In this document: one piece after another, positions 34,667-36,570 of the stretch
How positions within the stretch are numbered: position 1 is the first letter of the stretch
Layout: each line of letters begins with the position of its first letter
IMG/VR virus record: IMGVR_UViG_3300011339_000250
Location: 1 to 36,570 of that record
Direction: 5' to 3' (one strand)
DNA length: 36,570 nucleotides
DNA from: a virus
Lineage: Duplodnaviria > Caudoviricetes
Position numbers and translations under genes: made by a program
The notes under the pieces: model-generated
Told to the model about the DNA's origin: nothing
Databases searched by the model: none
Seen by the model: only the letters and a program-made list of their open reading frames with translations

Positions 34667-35032
34667 TCAAAGCTCCTTTGCCAGTACAGACCACTGTGGG
34701 CTGTACCCTTCATCTTGTAAAAACGACTTCTGCCAGCCTCTGCGGCCTGCCAAGGTCACCCTGGTGCAACCAATTGACTTGCCCCAGGATTCGATCAATG
34801 GCCGCATCCTTGAAAGTTCATCGAGGTCGCCACCAGCCAAGAAGTAATGCAAATTCTTCAACCGGGGATAGACAATGATTTCCGTCAGCACAATGGACTC
34901 GTTGGCCGGCCACACTTGCAGCCTGCTGTCCTTCACCATTTCAACGACATCATCAAAATGGTGTGTGCCTCCAGAGTATTCTAAGGCAGCCTCCACATGG
35001 TGGCGCAGTCGGTGCAGATGCTCCAGGTCCAT
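34667..35032 (-). CDS. GNAT-fold-like virion assembly protein
   Basis: LHYFLAGG..GCTRVTLAGRRGW motif; sits between the tail and ejection genes. Confidence 0.6.
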   Translation of the reverse strand: MDLEHLHRLRHHVEAALEYSGGTHHFDDVVEMVKDSRLQVWPANESIVLTEIIVYPRLKNLHYFLAGGDLDELSRMRPLIESWGKSIGCTRVTLAGRRGWQKSFLQDEGYSPQWSVLAKEL

Positions 35033-36510
35033 CAGCGTTTGCCCATCGGCACAGCTTCAAGCCTCATCGTGCCAATGCGCCAGTCGGCCAGCACAGCGCC
35101 TGTGACCTTCATGTTGACCTGCCGCCCGGCAAAACGCACAGAGGTCGGGTTGGCTGTGGAGTATGGGCCGAATGAGTATTCATCACCAGTCGGGTAAAAC
35201 TTGGTCTTGAATGACACCACCGCCTCACCCAGCGTCTGCTCATCGGGCACCACCTGGCGCACGCTCATGATGTTGTCACCGTTGCCGATCTGCACAGGTC
35301 CAGACTCGGCATAGACCGTGGCCCCGTCATAGGAGAAACCCACCTCATGCTCGTACACGTAGCCATCCACAGACACCATCAGCGGGTTGGTGTAAACACC
35401 AGCATGACTGCCAGCAGTCCGAGCCAAAGTGCCAATCGACCAATGATTTTCTCGATAGTTAAAGGTGACATAGGAGTCGTTTTCGTTGCTGGAATTGCTG
35501 GGGTAGTACCACCAGATTTCACCAAACTGACTATTGTGGACAGCATAGATTTTGGAAGACTGCGCATAGTTGAGGTTTTGGAAAACGTAGTCACCCACAT
35601 CACTTGGCAGTGGCTTGGCGTATCCGTCATAGATCCAGAATCCGGACTTGCTCATCCAGATGGCAGCCGTGTCGATGGCAGCCACAGACTGCGCCGAGAT
35701 CAGGCCGCAGCCTGAACCAGCCTTCTCAAAGCCGTAGACGAATGGAGCGCCGACATACTGCGCTGTGTGGACGTCCACATCGGTGAACAGCAAATTGATG
35801 CCCTTGACGCGCTTGCCAGCCAAGAGCGTGCCAGGTGTGGCCAGCTCGTAGTCCCCAGCCAGGTTATCGGTGGCAGGCGTCCAGTCGGTGTTGTCCTCTT
35901 GGTCGCACCACTGCACCTTTCGCGGGTTGCCACCAGCACCAAGGGCAAACAGGATGCGCTCGGCTGTGACCATCACGGCCTTGTTGCCCGTTGGCGCGTT
36001 GGCAATGGCCGCAGCCAGTGTTGGGCCACTAAAACCAAGTTGCCACTCGTACAACTTGCCATCGGAGTTGGAGCAGGCCACCAGGTACTCACCCCATGTG
36101 TCCATACTCCAAGTTGTGGCTGGCGTGTTGGAGCCGACATCAGGCCGCGCTACGCCATAGGCGTATGAGCCGTATTCTTGGTAGCCGTAGCCGGTTTTGA
36201 CCACAGCATCGGCAGCGCCAGCAGTGAATCCTGTGGGCGTGATGTCCTTCAAGACACCGCCTTGGTTCATGGCATACAGCTTGGTGTGTGTGCCCAAGGC
36301 GATCCAGCGCACTGCGCTGTTGTCGCGCCAAGTCAAGATGCCTCGGCACACCCCAGACAGTTGCGCTGTGGAGCGTTTACGCCAGCCACCAACAGGCCGC
36401 AGCGTGTTCTCGTACCAGCGCACCAGGTTGGCGTCATACCAGCGGCCAGCAGCTTGGTACTCCGTGCCGTTGCGGGAGATGCCTGGTGGAAGGTTCAATG
36501 GAAGGTACAT
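35032..36510 (-). CDS. Tail stabilisation / nozzle protein (P22 gp10-like)
   Basis: Trp-rich beta-propeller-like sequence; VQWCDQED, CGLIS, FWIYDG, EIWWYYPS motifs. Confidence 0.75.
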   Translation of the reverse strand: MYLPLNLPPGISRNGTEYQAAGRWYDANLVRWYENTLRPVGGWRKRSTAQLSGVCRGILTWRDNSAVRWIALGTHTKLYAMNQGGVLKDITPTGFTAGAADAVVKTGYGYQEYGSYAYGVARPDVGSNTPATTWSMDTWGEYLVACSNSDGKLYEWQLGFSGPTLAAAIANAPTGNKAVMVTAERILFALGAGGNPRKVQWCDQEDNTDWTPATDNLAGDYELATPGTLLAGKRVKGINLLFTDVDVHTAQYVGAPFVYGFEKAGSGCGLISAQSVAAIDTAAIWMSKSGFWIYDGYAKPLPSDVGDYVFQNLNYAQSSKIYAVHNSQFGEIWWYYPSNSSNENDSYVTFNYRENHWSIGTLARTAGSHAGVYTNPLMVSVDGYVYEHEVGFSYDGATVYAESGPVQIGNGDNIMSVRQVVPDEQTLGEAVVSFKTKFYPTGDEYSFGPYSTANPTSVRFAGRQVNMKVTGAVLADWRIGTMRLEAVPMGKR

Positions 36511-36570
36511 GGCTCAACTCGGTAGGTTCGACACGAATGTCATGGTGGCGATCAATGATGCGGTTGATGG
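36410..36570. repeat. Terminal direct repeat, right copy
   Basis: Matches 1-161 with 2 mismatches. Confidence 0.95.

Overview
The window looks like a complete, circularly assembled genome of a tailed dsDNA phage. Positions 1-161 recur at 36410-36570 with 2 mismatches, giving a unit length of about 36,409 bp. The gene set is podovirus-like and mostly on the minus strand: TerS, TerL, portal, scaffold, SU10/DUF5309-type major capsid, adaptor, tail fibre with an S74 chaperone domain, holin-like genes, a GH24 endolysin, a tail-stabilisation protein and 5 putative ejection proteins. The replication module is APSE-like (DUF2815 SSB, SNF2 helicase, DUF2800/Cas4-like nuclease, primase-AAA helicase, VRR-NUC), but I see no DNA polymerase, integrase or tRNA. 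The host is probably a proteobacterium (inference only). The most unusual content is non-coding: (1) a cluster of perfect DnaA boxes next to an AT-rich tract behind terS; (2) a 187-bp symmetric iteron/hairpin element behind the primase; (3) two tandem C4-like three-way-junction RNAs, each with its own complementary targets, ahead of the primase; (4) a promoter motif shared by two distant operons. Two glycosyltransferases sit inside the head-morphogenesis module. All protein calls come from motif recognition and synteny; no database search was run.
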